DNA of 64,000 nt from Sphingomonadales bacterium (GTDB lineage Bacteria > Pseudomonadota > Alphaproteobacteria > Sphingomonadales > Sphingomonadaceae): positions 7,504-71,503 of the forward strand of contig JBBSUT010000002.1 of the NCBI GenBank assembly GCA_038234155.1. The letters are read 5' to 3'. The translations under genes and the position numbers were made by a program. Positions within the stretch are counted from its first letter, which is position 1. Each line of letters opens with the position of its first letter. Shown here piece by piece: positions 20,964 through 30,815 of this stretch. The notes beneath the pieces were generated by a model. The model ran no database searches. It was not told the origin of the DNA and saw only the letters and a program-made list of their open reading frames with translations.

Positions 20964-21848
20964 TCAGCGAACGGCGGCCGTGGTGGTGCCCGAAAGATCG
21001 GACAGGAAACTGCGCACCCGCTCGGCATTCACGCCCAGATCGCTCTGCCCGACGCGGCTGACCGAACGCATATCGATGATCGAGCCCTCACCGCCCGCAG
21101 CCGGCCGCACGCGGAGCACGACATCGTCCTTGAAGCGAAAGGCGCTTACCGTATCGGTTGCCTCCAGCCGCCCGCTGGCGGGATCGAGCGCCGCCACGTC
21201 CCAGCCGCGGTCCTTGGCCAGACGATCGGCGGCGGCCACCACGGCGGCAACCGGGGTGTTCACACGCACCGAACGAATATCGGCATAGGCATTTTGATGC
21301 AGCAGCGCCCAGCGCTGCCGAGGGGACAGGCCCTGCATGTCGCTCTCGTTTGCCCCGGGGATCGCATCCCAATTGTCGGCACGCAGCTGCAATACGGCAA
21401 ACTGCGGCGGATCAGCCAGATCCGTTGAGATGTCGTGGATCGCCGGGAGCGATTTGGCGATGCTCACCTGATAGCCGATATAGCCGACAAAGATCGCGGC
21501 GCTCAACGCGCCGACGATCAACCGCGGCATTTTTGTGCGCATGCCCTTGCGGCGGCGCCAAAAGAACACGCCCACGGCCAGCACCAGCGTGAATAAGCCC
21601 AGGAAAAAAGCGTATTTCAACCAGCTGAGGCCCACCGAATACGACCAGAACCCCCAGCCCGATCCGAACGAGGCGAGCAGGCCCCAGAGCCCAACGCCAG
21701 CACCCAGGATCAGCACCAGCAGACCGAACGGATCGCGCTTGATGAGCGTGGGCTTGTCCGTGGCGGTGCCGTGCTCCGCATCGCCCTGCGGCGGCACCGG
21801 ATCGGTCTGAAGAGTGTCCATCGGCTGCATCCCCTGTTCGTTGTACAT
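20964..21848 (-). CDS. DUF1499 domain-containing membrane protein
   Basis: 294 aa. Several N-terminal TM helices, then ...FKDDVVLRVRPAAGGEGSIIDMRSVSRVGQSDLGVNAERVRSFL, which is typical of DUF1499. Confidence 0.75.
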   Translation of the reverse strand: MYNEQGMQPMDTLQTDPVPPQGDAEHGTATDKPTLIKRDPFGLLVLILGAGVGLWGLLASFGSGWGFWSYSVGLSWLKYAFFLGLFTLVLAVGVFFWRRRKGMRTKMPRLIVGALSAAIFVGYIGYQVSIAKSLPAIHDISTDLADPPQFAVLQLRADNWDAIPGANESDMQGLSPRQRWALLHQNAYADIRSVRVNTPVAAVVAAADRLAKDRGWDVAALDPASGRLEATDTVSAFRFKDDVVLRVRPAAGGEGSIIDMRSVSRVGQSDLGVNAERVRSFLSDLSGTTTAAVR

Positions 21849-21940
21849 CCAAACGCGCGGCGCGCGATGGCGGTTGCAGCGGCTTGTCTGTCAGCAGCGG
21901 CGCATTGGCAAGCCGGATTGCGCACTCTATCTGCAAGCCT

Positions 21941-22528
21941 ATGCCGTATGACGCCCCCGATCTCGCCAATATGAGCGCTGCTGATATCCTGACGCTGGCC
22001 GATGGGCGCGACTTGCCGCCCGTGCAGGACTGGCATCCCGATGCTGCTTGCGACAGTCTGATGCGGATCGACGCGGCCGGCCGCTGGTTTCATGACGGAG
22101 GCGCTATCCGGCGGCCGGCGATGGTCCGCGCATTTTCCCGGTTGCTCCGGCGCGAGGAAGATGGCCGCTACGCGCTCGTGCTGCCCCACGAGAAACAGTG
22201 GATCGCGGTTGAGGACGCACCGTTTCAGGCGGTTGAGATGCGCTTGGCAGGCACCGGCAAGGCGGCCGTACTCACGTTTAGGCTGAATACGGACGATCTG
22301 GTCGTCGCCGGGCCAGATCACAGACTGCGCGTGGGCGGGAGCGAGAACGATCCGCGCGTCTATCTACATGTGCGCAGCACGCTGGAGGCACGGATCGGGC
22401 GCGCGGTCTACTACGAGCTGGCCGATATCGCGCTGGCTGCGAACCGAGCGGAGAACGGGCCGGCTGGCGGGGCGGCGCCGGGCGTCTGGAGCGGCGGCTG
22501 CTTCTTTGCTCTGGGACCGCCCGCGTGA
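21941..22528 (+). CDS. DUF1285 domain-containing protein
   Basis: In frame with ORF 21884..22528. The start is MPYDAPDL. RIDAAGRWFHDGGAIRRPAMVRAFSRLL matches the DUF1285 pattern. Confidence 0.8.
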   Translation: MPYDAPDLANMSAADILTLADGRDLPPVQDWHPDAACDSLMRIDAAGRWFHDGGAIRRPAMVRAFSRLLRREEDGRYALVLPHEKQWIAVEDAPFQAVEMRLAGTGKAAVLTFRLNTDDLVVAGPDHRLRVGGSENDPRVYLHVRSTLEARIGRAVYYELADIALAANRAENGPAGGAAPGVWSGGCFFALGPPA

Positions 22529-23109
22529 TGCTGGCCGATCGCATTGCCCGGGCGCTGGCGACGGACGCCCTGCACGAGGATGAAGCGGCGTTCGGTGCCC
22601 CTGTCGGTGGTTACCGCGAGGCGGCGGTGCTGATCCCTATCACGCGGCGGAGCGACCCTGGCGTGATTCTGACACGGCGGCCAGACTGGCTGCGCAGCCA
22701 TGCCGGACAGGTCGCCTTTCCGGGCGGCAAACTGGAACCGCAGGACCGGGGCGATCCGGTCACCGCCGCATTGCGGGAAACGCAGGAGGAGCTGGCTATC
22801 CCGCCTTCCGATGTTGAAGTGGTTGGCACCGCGATGCCCTATCTGTCGGGCAGCGGCTTTCGCATCGTGCCAGTAATTGGCCTGGTCCCGCCTGATCTTA
22901 ATCTCACTCCCTGCCCCGATGAGGTGGCCGAATGGTTCGAGGTGCCGCTGGCCTGGCTGCTGGACCGTGCCAATGCGGAGCGCAAGACCGGTATGTGGCA
23001 GGGAGCGTCGCGCACTTATTACGACATGGATTGGCGCGGTCGCCGCATCTGGGGCGTCACTGCCGGGATCATCGCCAACCTGTCGCGCAGGCTGGCATGG
23101 GAAGCGTGA
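22528..23109 (+). CDS. nudL: CoA pyrophosphatase (NUDIX hydrolase)
   Basis: Nudix box GGKLEPQDRGDPVTAALRETQEELAI. The ATG shares one nt with the upstream stop (TGATG). Confidence 0.85.
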   Translation: MLADRIARALATDALHEDEAAFGAPVGGYREAAVLIPITRRSDPGVILTRRPDWLRSHAGQVAFPGGKLEPQDRGDPVTAALRETQEELAIPPSDVEVVGTAMPYLSGSGFRIVPVIGLVPPDLNLTPCPDEVAEWFEVPLAWLLDRANAERKTGMWQGASRTYYDMDWRGRRIWGVTAGIIANLSRRLAWEA

Positions 23110-24284
23110 TGCTGCCCGATGCCGACTGGCGGCATGATCCGGCTTTGCACGCTGTCGTCGCGGCGCTGAGCGATGGCGCTGATCGGCCCCGCATCGTTGG
23201 CGGCGCAGTACGCGACAGCCTGCTCGGCCGCGCGGTGGTCGATGTCGATCTGGCCACGTCGCTGGTGCCGGCAGAAGTCATCCGCCGGTTGCATGCGGCG
23301 GGGCTGAAGGCGGTGCCGACCGGGATCGTCCACGGCACTGTCACCGCGGTGGCGCAAGGGCGCGGGTTCGAAGTCACGACGCTACGCCGCGACGTATCGA
23401 CCGATGGCCGCCGCGCGACCGTCGCCTTCTCTCATGACTGGCGCGAGGATGCGGCGCGGCGCGATTTCACGATCAACGCATTGTATGCCGACCTTGAAAC
23501 CGGCGCGGTCACCGACTATTTCGGCGGTCTCGGCGATCTGGCCGCGCGGCGCCTGCGCTTCATCGGCGATCCGGCGGCGCGCATCGCCGAAGATCACTTG
23601 CGCATCCTGCGCTACTTCCGCTTCCTCGCGCGGTTCGGGCGCAGCGAGCTCGATGCTGAGGCCTACGCCGCATGCAAGGCGGCGGCGAACAGCCTCAAAG
23701 GGCTGTCGCGCGAGCGCATTGCCGACGAGCTTCTGAAGCTGCTGACACTGGCCGATCCGCGCTTCGCCGTGAACGCAATGCTGGACGGCGACATCTTCGC
23801 GCCGATCCTGCCCGAGGTGGTGAGCGAAGATCTGATGGGTCGGTTGATAACGCGCGAGCAGGCGCTCGGCGTGGCGCCCCTTGCGCTGCGCCGCTTGCTG
23901 GCGCTGCTGCCCGCCGAGACCGCGGTCGCCGCCGATGTCGGCGCGCGGCTCAAACTTTCGCGCAAACAGCGCGAGGCGTTGCAGGCGCGCATCCTGTGCA
24001 AGAAGATCCCTAAACCGCGCCATGCCGCTTATTTGCATGGGATGGACGCGGCCTGCGATGCGGTGCTGCTCTACGCGCATGACGGTGCGCTGGAGGCCGC
24101 CTTGTCCACACTAACGGGCTGGACCCCGCCGCGCTTCCCGCTCAAAGGCGGCGATCTGATCACGCGCGGGCTGGAGCCCGGCCCGGAGGTCGGCCGCAAG
24201 CTGCACGCGATCGAGGCGCGCTGGGTCGAGGAAGGCTTCCCGGACGCAGCCCGGCTCGACGCGTTGGTAGCCGAGCAGCTCTAG
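23109..24284 (+). CDS. cca: CCA tRNA nucleotidyltransferase
   Basis: In frame with ORF 22932..24284. The start is MLPDADW (TGATG junction). GGAVRDSLLGR...DVDLAT and RRDFTINALY motifs. Confidence 0.87.
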   Translation: MLPDADWRHDPALHAVVAALSDGADRPRIVGGAVRDSLLGRAVVDVDLATSLVPAEVIRRLHAAGLKAVPTGIVHGTVTAVAQGRGFEVTTLRRDVSTDGRRATVAFSHDWREDAARRDFTINALYADLETGAVTDYFGGLGDLAARRLRFIGDPAARIAEDHLRILRYFRFLARFGRSELDAEAYAACKAAANSLKGLSRERIADELLKLLTLADPRFAVNAMLDGDIFAPILPEVVSEDLMGRLITREQALGVAPLALRRLLALLPAETAVAADVGARLKLSRKQREALQARILCKKIPKPRHAAYLHGMDAACDAVLLYAHDGALEAALSTLTGWTPPRFPLKGGDLITRGLEPGPEVGRKLHAIEARWVEEGFPDAARLDALVAEQL

Positions 24285-24291
24285 CCCCGCC

Positions 24292-26562
24292 TCAACCGAA
24301 CCGGTTGTCTTTCGGGAACCCATTCGGCGGCAGACGTCCTGCAGCTCCTCTGGCCACGCGCCATGGCAGCAGATCGGTCTCGGTCCGCGTGCGTCCGGTT
24401 TCGCCGCCCATTGTCCAGCTGAGCCCGTCCTCCAGTTTGAACGTGATCGCGTCCGACAGGCCGCCATCCTTGTAGCGCTGCAGCATCACGCCCTGACCGC
24501 GCGTCATTTCCGGCATATCGGCCAGCGCAAACACCACCAGCTTGCGGTTATCACCCACCGCCGCGACATGGTCATCCGAAACGTCGACCTCGCGAACCAC
24601 TTTGAGTACCGCATTGCCTTTGGGGTTGACCACCTGGCGTCCCTTGCGCGTCTCTGCGATCAGCTCTTCCATTTGTGCCACGAAGCCGCGCCCGCCCGAT
24701 GCCGCCAGCAGCAGCCGGCCGCCCTTGCGCGCCGCCATCACCTTGATGATGGCGTTGCCGCCGTCGATATCGACCATCGACTGGATCGGTTCGCCAAGGC
24801 CGCGCGCACCGGGCAGTTTGTCCGCGCCCAGTGTGTAGAAGCGCCCGGATGCGGTGGCGACGAGCAGCTTGTCCGTGGTCTGCGCCTCAAAGCTGCCTTC
24901 CAGTTCGTCGCCCTCCTTGAACTTGACGCCCGAGATGTCGTTACCATGCCCCTTCATCGCGCGAATCCATCCGCGCCGCGAGACGATCACGGTCACCGGC
25001 TCGCGCTCTATCATCGCCTCAAGCGGCACCTCGGCAGTGGCGTCCGCCTCCTCCAGACCTGTGCGCCGCGCGCCCAGAGCGGTGTCCTCGGCATAGTCCT
25101 TGCGCAGTGCCGCGATGTCCTTCTTCAGCCGCGTGCGCTGGCGGGCAGGGCTCTCGATCAGCTTGAGCAGTCCATCGCGCTCGGCCGCCAGCTTGTCGCG
25201 CTCGCGCTTCAGCTCCATCTCCTCCAGCTTGCGCAAGGAGCGCAGCCGCATGTTGAGGATGGCCTCGGCCTGCCGGTCGGTGAGCTGGAACTCCGTCATC
25301 AGCACCGGTTTGGGCTCGTCTTCGGCGCGGATGATGGCGATCACCCGGTCCAGATTGAGGAAGGCGATGATGTAGCCTTCGAGCAGCTCCAGCCGGGCGT
25401 CAATGGCATCCAGCCGGTGCTGCGAACGCCGTGTCAGCGTTTCGATCTGGTGGCTCAGCCAGTGCCGCAGCACCTCGCCCAGCCCCATCACCATCGGTGT
25501 GTGTGCGGCATCGAGCACGTTCATGTTCAGCGAGAAACGGCTCTCCAGATCGCACATCCGGAACAGCGCATTCATCAGCTGCTCGGGGTCCACCGTGCGG
25601 TTCTTGGGCTCGAGCACGATGCGGATCTCGGCGTCGCTTTCGTCGCGCACATCGGCCAGGATCGGCAGCTTGCGATCGCCGATCAGATTGGCGATCGCCT
25701 CGATCAGTCTGCCCTTCTGCACCTGATAGGGGATCTCGGTGATCACCGCCTGCCACGCGCCGCGCTCCAGCTTCTCGATCACGAAGCGCGCGCGCACCCG
25801 GAACGATCCGCGCCCCGTCTCATAGGCATGCGCGATGCTCGCCGGTGCGTCCACCAGCACGCCGCCGGTCGCGAAGTCCGGCCCGCGCACGATCTCCATC
25901 AGCTGCGCGTGGCTGGCATCCGGCTGGTCGATCAGCAGCGTCGCGGCGTCCAGCACCTCATGGACGTTGTGCGATGGGATCGAGGTTGCCATGCCCACCG
26001 CGATGCCGGCTGCGCCATTGGCCAGCAGGTTCGGGAACAGCCCCGGCATCACCTCCGGCTCTTCGTCTTCCCCGTTGTAGGTGGGCCTGAAGTCGGTGCC
26101 GTTCTCGTTCAGTCCGGCCATCAGCTGCATGGCCGTCCTGGTCAGCTTGGCCTCGGTGTAGCGATAGGCCGCGGCGTTATCGCCGTCGATATTGCCGAAG
26201 TTGCCCTGCCCGTCGACCAGCGGGTAGCGCAGCGAGAAGGTCTGCGCGAGCCGCACCATTGCGTCGTAGACCGACTGGTCGCCGTGCGGGTGGTACTTGC
26301 CGATGACATCGCCGACCACGCGCGCGCACTTCTTGTAGCCCTGGCTCGGATCCAGCCGCAGCAGCCGCATCGCCCACAGCAGCCGCCGATGCACCGGCTT
26401 CAGGCCATCGCGCAGATCGGGCAGCGAGCGCGCGGTGATCGTCGACATCGCATAGACGAGGTAGCGCTCGGACAGCGCGGCATCGAACGGGCTGTCGACG
26501 ATCTGGTCGAACTCGTCCTTCGGGCTATCGCCGGGTACATCCGGGGTGCTGTCGTCGCTCAT
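24292..26562 (-). CDS. parC: DNA topoisomerase IV subunit A
   Basis: 756 aa. [19 protein letters not shown] and [10 protein letters not shown] (active-site Tyr) blocks. GyrA-like C-terminal domain without a GyrA box that I could see. Confidence 0.93.
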   Translation of the reverse strand: MSDDSTPDVPGDSPKDEFDQIVDSPFDAALSERYLVYAMSTITARSLPDLRDGLKPVHRRLLWAMRLLRLDPSQGYKKCARVVGDVIGKYHPHGDQSVYDAMVRLAQTFSLRYPLVDGQGNFGNIDGDNAAAYRYTEAKLTRTAMQLMAGLNENGTDFRPTYNGEDEEPEVMPGLFPNLLANGAAGIAVGMATSIPSHNVHEVLDAATLLIDQPDASHAQLMEIVRGPDFATGGVLVDAPASIAHAYETGRGSFRVRARFVIEKLERGAWQAVITEIPYQVQKGRLIEAIANLIGDRKLPILADVRDESDAEIRIVLEPKNRTVDPEQLMNALFRMCDLESRFSLNMNVLDAAHTPMVMGLGEVLRHWLSHQIETLTRRSQHRLDAIDARLELLEGYIIAFLNLDRVIAIIRAEDEPKPVLMTEFQLTDRQAEAILNMRLRSLRKLEEMELKRERDKLAAERDGLLKLIESPARQRTRLKKDIAALRKDYAEDTALGARRTGLEEADATAEVPLEAMIEREPVTVIVSRRGWIRAMKGHGNDISGVKFKEGDELEGSFEAQTTDKLLVATASGRFYTLGADKLPGARGLGEPIQSMVDIDGGNAIIKVMAARKGGRLLLAASGGRGFVAQMEELIAETRKGRQVVNPKGNAVLKVVREVDVSDDHVAAVGDNRKLVVFALADMPEMTRGQGVMLQRYKDGGLSDAITFKLEDGLSWTMGGETGRTRTETDLLPWRVARGAAGRLPPNGFPKDNRFG

Positions 26563-26862
26563 GCGCCCAGCGGATAGCAGCGCGGCGAGCGAAGGGACAG
26601 ACGCCGCGCGCCGAAAGCTGTGGACAGCGCGTGCGAGTGAGGGCGCGGGCGCGGATCGCGCACACCAGCTTCACACACTTCACACTGTCCAGAGCGGGAA
26701 AGTGCCGGCTTCCGACAACGACCAGCGTGGCGGCAATTTGGCAGAGGATCGACGGTGGCAAAGAGCAGCGGCCGCAATAGCCAAGCACGAACGTGTAGGA
26801 CAGCGTTTCCTGACCTGGGGGTCTGCTATTCCAGCTGCCCCCTCAAGAAGGCCACCGACACT

Positions 26863-26892
26863 GGCCGCAGACCGGGCCGCAGACCGGGCCGG
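26863..26892. repeat. 12-bp tandem repeat GGCCGCAGACCG x2.5 in the parC-mlaA intergenic region
   Basis: Read directly: ggccgcagaccg ggccgcagaccg ggccgg. Confidence 0.9.
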
Positions 26893-26968
26893 AACTATAA
26901 AAAGATTCATTCGTATCCGATCGAGGCGTGTATGCATCGCCTCCACCCGTGTCTGGGGATATTTGGCG

Positions 26969-28024
26969 ATGATCGTTTCGAGCGTTGCCTTGTTTCTTGT
27001 TGCAGCTCCCGTTTCAGAATTTCCGCGACCCGATCGGCCAATCCCGGTCGCGGCGGAAACAAATGGAACAGTCGAAGCGCCCACAAACGGCCTCATGCTT
27101 GCGGCTGATCAGACAAATCCGTTTGCGCCGCCCGGCGGCGACACATCGGTACGCCAAACTGACGGTGCTGTGCCCCTTCCAACGCCGGACGGCGTGCAGC
27201 AGCAGGCGCAGGACAACGTCCCGTCCGCAGATCAGGACGCCGCGCAAACCACCACGTCCGAACCGGCACCGTCTTCCGATACCGATGGCGATATCGTGGT
27301 TACCGGCCGCGTGCCGAACGGCAGCGATCCGGTGGAGGTGGTCAACGCGCAATCCTATGCCGCCACTTTGGCACTGGACGGCGCGCTATTGCGCCCTGTC
27401 GCCATGGCCTATGAAAGCGTGTTGCCCAAGCCGGTACGTAGCGGATTGCGCAACGTGCTGTTCAATCTGCGCGAGCCAGTGGTGTTCGTGAACTTCCTGC
27501 TGCAGCACAAAATTGGCAAGGCAGCCGAGACGGTCGGCCGGTTCGTGGTGAATTCCACCGTTGGTGCGCTGGGTCTGATTGACGTCGCCAAGGGCAAGGG
27601 GATCCGGCTACCGCGCCGTGCGAACGGATTTGCCGACACGCTGGGTTTTTACGGTATCGGACCCGGGCCCTATCTGTATCTACCGCTGATCGGGCCGACC
27701 ACGGTGCGCGATCTCATCGGTGAGACCGCCGATCGACTGCTGTTGCCCACTGCCATTGGAACGCCGTTCAACAAAAGCGCCGTGACGCTACCGCTCAACG
27801 TAATCGGTATCCTGGACCGGCGCAGCGCGGAGGACGAGCAACTGTGCATTTTGCGCAAACAGAGCGCTGACCCTTATCTCGCGTCGCGCACTTTCTATCT
27901 GGAACGGCGCCAGAACGAAATCGACCATCTGCGCGGAACGACCAAACTGTCGCCGCCGCAACCCCTTGTGGACACCGTAGCGACGGCGAATCCAGACGCC
28001 TGCGGCTCTTTGAAAGCGGACTGA
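26969..28024 (+). CDS. mlaA: MlaA/VacJ family lipoprotein
   Basis: In frame with ORF 26546..28024. The start is MIVSSVALFLVAAP. Core blocks are NLREPVVFVNFLLQ, VNSTVGALGLIDVA and DTLGFYGIGPGPYLYLPLIGPTTVRD. Confidence 0.85.
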   Translation: MIVSSVALFLVAAPVSEFPRPDRPIPVAAETNGTVEAPTNGLMLAADQTNPFAPPGGDTSVRQTDGAVPLPTPDGVQQQAQDNVPSADQDAAQTTTSEPAPSSDTDGDIVVTGRVPNGSDPVEVVNAQSYAATLALDGALLRPVAMAYESVLPKPVRSGLRNVLFNLREPVVFVNFLLQHKIGKAAETVGRFVVNSTVGALGLIDVAKGKGIRLPRRANGFADTLGFYGIGPGPYLYLPLIGPTTVRDLIGETADRLLLPTAIGTPFNKSAVTLPLNVIGILDRRSAEDEQLCILRKQSADPYLASRTFYLERRQNEIDHLRGTTKLSPPQPLVDTVATANPDACGSLKAD

Positions 28025-28179
28025 ACGGGCGTCTTACGCAGACGCCCGGAATTTCGGGCGACTGCGCTCGAGATGGCCGATCACGGGGCGCTGAAATTTG
28101 AACATCCGAATAATGGTCTCCGGCACGGAAAGTCGCCTCCCGCACCACCGCTCTTGCGCGGTGCAGCAAAAGTCATAGA

Positions 28180-29010
28180 GTGCGGCGCGTGCCCGGCTTT
28201 CCTCCCCTGCCCGCCCCGCCGCGCGATCTGCTGATCCGCGCGAGCCTGTTTCTCGATTTTGACGGGACGCTGGTTCCGCTGGCCGATCGGCCGGAAGCAG
28301 TGGAGGTGCCCGATATGTTGCACCCGCTGCTTGCACGGCTTGGCAAGGCGCTGGACGGGCGGCTGGCCATCGTCAGCGGCCGCGATGTCGCGACGCTGCG
28401 CGAACGCTTCGGCCTATCGTCCATGCCGGTGGCGGGCAGCCATGGCAGCGAGATCAGCCTGGAGCCCGGCTGGATTGACCGGCCGCAAGCACCGGACTCG
28501 CTGATGGCGGCGGGCGAAGCGTTCGATGCGTTTGCCGCGCAGGACGCCGGCCTGCTGGTCGAGCGCAAACCGCTGGGCGTGTGCCTCCATTATCGCCGCG
28601 CGCCGGCGCGCGAGACGGCGTGCCGCGCGCTGGCCGCCGATCTTGCGGACCGGCATGGGCTCCATCTGCAGGACGGCAAGATGATGGCCGAACTGCGCAG
28701 CGGAAACGAGCACAAGGGCAATGCGATCCGAACGCTGATGGCACGCACGCCGTTCGATACCGGCACGCCGGTGTTCCTGGGCGACGACGTGACCGACGAG
28801 GACGGGTTTGCGGCGGTGGCTTCGCTCGGCGGACACGGCATCCTGGTCGGCCCGGCACGCGAAACCGCGGCGCAATACCGGCTGGACGATGTGGCCGAGG
28901 TCCACCACTGGCTGGATCGGCATGATCTGGAACGGCCTAATCCGATAGGGGCTGATCCGATAGGGGCTGATCCGATAGGGGCCGATCGGAAACGGGCACC
29001 CTCGGCATGA
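28180..29010 (+). CDS. otsB: trehalose-6-phosphate phosphatase
   Basis: GTG start. HAD motif I is LFLDFDGTLVPL. Also SGRD..., KGNAI, and motif III FLGDDVTDEDGF. Confidence 0.87.
   Translation: MRRVPGFPPLPAPPRDLLIRASLFLDFDGTLVPLADRPEAVEVPDMLHPLLARLGKALDGRLAIVSGRDVATLRERFGLSSMPVAGSHGSEISLEPGWIDRPQAPDSLMAAGEAFDAFAAQDAGLLVERKPLGVCLHYRRAPARETACRALAADLADRHGLHLQDGKMMAELRSGNEHKGNAIRTLMARTPFDTGTPVFLGDDVTDEDGFAAVASLGGHGILVGPARETAAQYRLDDVAEVHHWLDRHDLERPNPIGADPIGADPIGADRKRAPSA
28941..28985. repeat. 15-bp tandem repeat TCCGATAGGGGCTGA x3 (encodes PIGAD x3 at the OtsB C-terminus)
   Basis: Read directly. The third copy has one substitution (GCC for GCT). A partial fourth copy follows. Confidence 0.95.
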
Positions 29011-30815
29011 GCCATCCATCGGGACGCCATCTCAATCTCTGGCCGATCGGCAACTGCCAGGCGTCCGCGCTGGTGGACGATCAGGCGCGCTTCGTCTGGG
29101 CCTGCCTGCCCCGGGTAGACGGCGATCCGCTGTTCCCTGCGCTGATCGACGACACGCCGTTCGACGATCCGCTGGCCGGCGGCTTCTGGGGGATCGATCT
29201 GGAGGGCTGCGTCAGCATGTCGCAGCGTTATATGCGCAATGCCCCGGTGCTGATCACGCGCAAGACCGATGCCCACGGCAGCGCCATCGACATCATCGAT
29301 TTCGCGCCGCGCTATCGCCGATCCGGCCGGATCTATCGCCCCAACGCCTTTGTGCGCATCGTGCGCACGGTATCGGGAAGCCCGCGCGTCCGCGTGCGGC
29401 TGCGGCCCGCCTCCGGCTGGTCGATCGACAAGGTGGACCGCAGCTACGGCTCCAACCATATCAGCTACGCCGTGGAAGCCATGCCGATGCGGCTGTCCAC
29501 CAACGCGCCGATCGGCCTGATCGCGCAGGAGAACGCCTTTCGCGTGGAGCGCGACCTGTATTTCTTCCTGGGACCGGACGAGAGCTTTACCGCCGCGATC
29601 GCGCCCGAGTTGGAAAAGATGCTGGTCGACACCCTGAACGAGTGGCGCGGCTGGGTGCGCGGGCTGGCAACACCGCCGGAATATCAGGAGGCGGTCATCC
29701 GCGCCGCGATCACATTGAAGCTGTGCCAGCATGAGGATACCGGCGCGATCGTGGCCGCGCTGACCACCTCGATTCCCGAACATGCCAACAGCGGCCGCAA
29801 CTGGGACTACCGCTATTGCTGGGTGCGCGACGCCTATTACACGGTGGAGGCGCTGAACCGGATTGGCGCGCTGGACGTGCTGGAATCCTATCTGGAATTC
29901 CTGCGCAACATCGTCGATGCCAGCGAAACCGGTGATGTTCAGCCCTTGTACGACGTGCGCGGCAATCCGCGGCTGGAGGAAGGCGAGGCGTCCGCGCTTG
30001 GCGGCTATCGCGGCATGGGGCCGGTGCGCGTGGGCAACGCCGCCTATACGCAAAAGCAGCACGACGCCTACGGCCAGATCGTGCTGAGCTCGGTGCAGGC
30101 GTTTATCGACCACCGGTTGATGCGCATGTCCGGCGTGGAGGATTTCCAGTCGCTCGAAAAGGTCGGCGACCGCGCGTTCGAACTCTACGATCAGCCCGAC
30201 GCGGGTCTTTGGGAACTGCGCACCAAATCCCACGTCCATACCTACAGCGCGATGATGTGCTGGGCGGCGTGCGACCGGCTGGCGGGTGCCGCGCGCGAGC
30301 TGGGCCTGCCGGGTCGCGCGGCCCATTGGCGCGGGCGCGCCGACAGCATGAAGGCGCGCATCGAGAGCGCGGCCTGGCGCGAGGAAAGCCAGGCTTTTTC
30401 CGCCACCTTCGAAGGCGACATGCGTGACGCCAGCCTGCTCCAGATGGTCGACCTGCGTTTTCTGGAGGGCAGCGACGCGCGCTTTCAGGGCACGCTCGAC
30501 GCGCTGGAAAAGGCGCTGCGGCGCGGCGACCATATGCTGCGCTACGACAGCGAGGATGATTTCGGCACGCCGGAAACCGCCTTCACCGTATGCACGTTCT
30601 GGCTGATCGAGGCGCTCGCCAAATCGGGGCGCGAGCAGGAGGCCAAACATTTGTTCGCGGACATGCTGGGTCGCCGGACGCCCGCCGGCCTGCTATCCGA
30701 GGATATCGATCCCGTATCGGGCGAGCTTTGGGGCAATTATCCGCAAACCTATTCGCTTGTCGGGATCATCAACTGCGCCGTCCTGCTCAGCAAACCCTGG
30801 AGCGACTATCGATGA
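29007..30815 (+). CDS. glycoside hydrolase family 15 protein (glucoamylase/trehalase-like)
   Basis: 602 aa. N-terminal beta-sandwich plus (alpha/alpha)6 domain blocks ([30 protein letters not shown]). ATGA overlaps at both ends, with otsB and otsA. Confidence 0.88.
   Translation: MSHPSGRHLNLWPIGNCQASALVDDQARFVWACLPRVDGDPLFPALIDDTPFDDPLAGGFWGIDLEGCVSMSQRYMRNAPVLITRKTDAHGSAIDIIDFAPRYRRSGRIYRPNAFVRIVRTVSGSPRVRVRLRPASGWSIDKVDRSYGSNHISYAVEAMPMRLSTNAPIGLIAQENAFRVERDLYFFLGPDESFTAAIAPELEKMLVDTLNEWRGWVRGLATPPEYQEAVIRAAITLKLCQHEDTGAIVAALTTSIPEHANSGRNWDYRYCWVRDAYYTVEALNRIGALDVLESYLEFLRNIVDASETGDVQPLYDVRGNPRLEEGEASALGGYRGMGPVRVGNAAYTQKQHDAYGQIVLSSVQAFIDHRLMRMSGVEDFQSLEKVGDRAFELYDQPDAGLWELRTKSHVHTYSAMMCWAACDRLAGAARELGLPGRAAHWRGRADSMKARIESAAWREESQAFSATFEGDMRDASLLQMVDLRFLEGSDARFQGTLDALEKALRRGDHMLRYDSEDDFGTPETAFTVCTFWLIEALAKSGREQEAKHLFADMLGRRTPAGLLSEDIDPVSGELWGNYPQTYSLVGIINCAVLLSKPWSDYR

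Noticed and set aside
24568-26577. Very long ORFs in the track that lie antisense to well-identified genes. Examples are 669 aa opposite parC, 747 aa (37868..40111) opposite the M16 peptidase, 686 aa (28590..30650) opposite GH15/otsB, 674 aa (45930..47954) opposite M28/lactate monooxygenase, and 554 aa (49248..50912) opposite S46.
   Set aside because: The opposite strand in each case encodes a protein with unmistakable family motifs. The antisense translations are Arg/Ala/Gly/His-rich low-complexity strings with no recognisable motifs. Stop-poor antisense frames are expected at about 65% GC.
28941-28985. Tandem repeats at 28941, 60415 and 26863, considered as CRISPR-like arrays.
   Set aside because: The units (12-15 bp) are contiguous with no spacers, there are only 2-3 copies, two of the three are inside coding sequence, and no cas genes are present.
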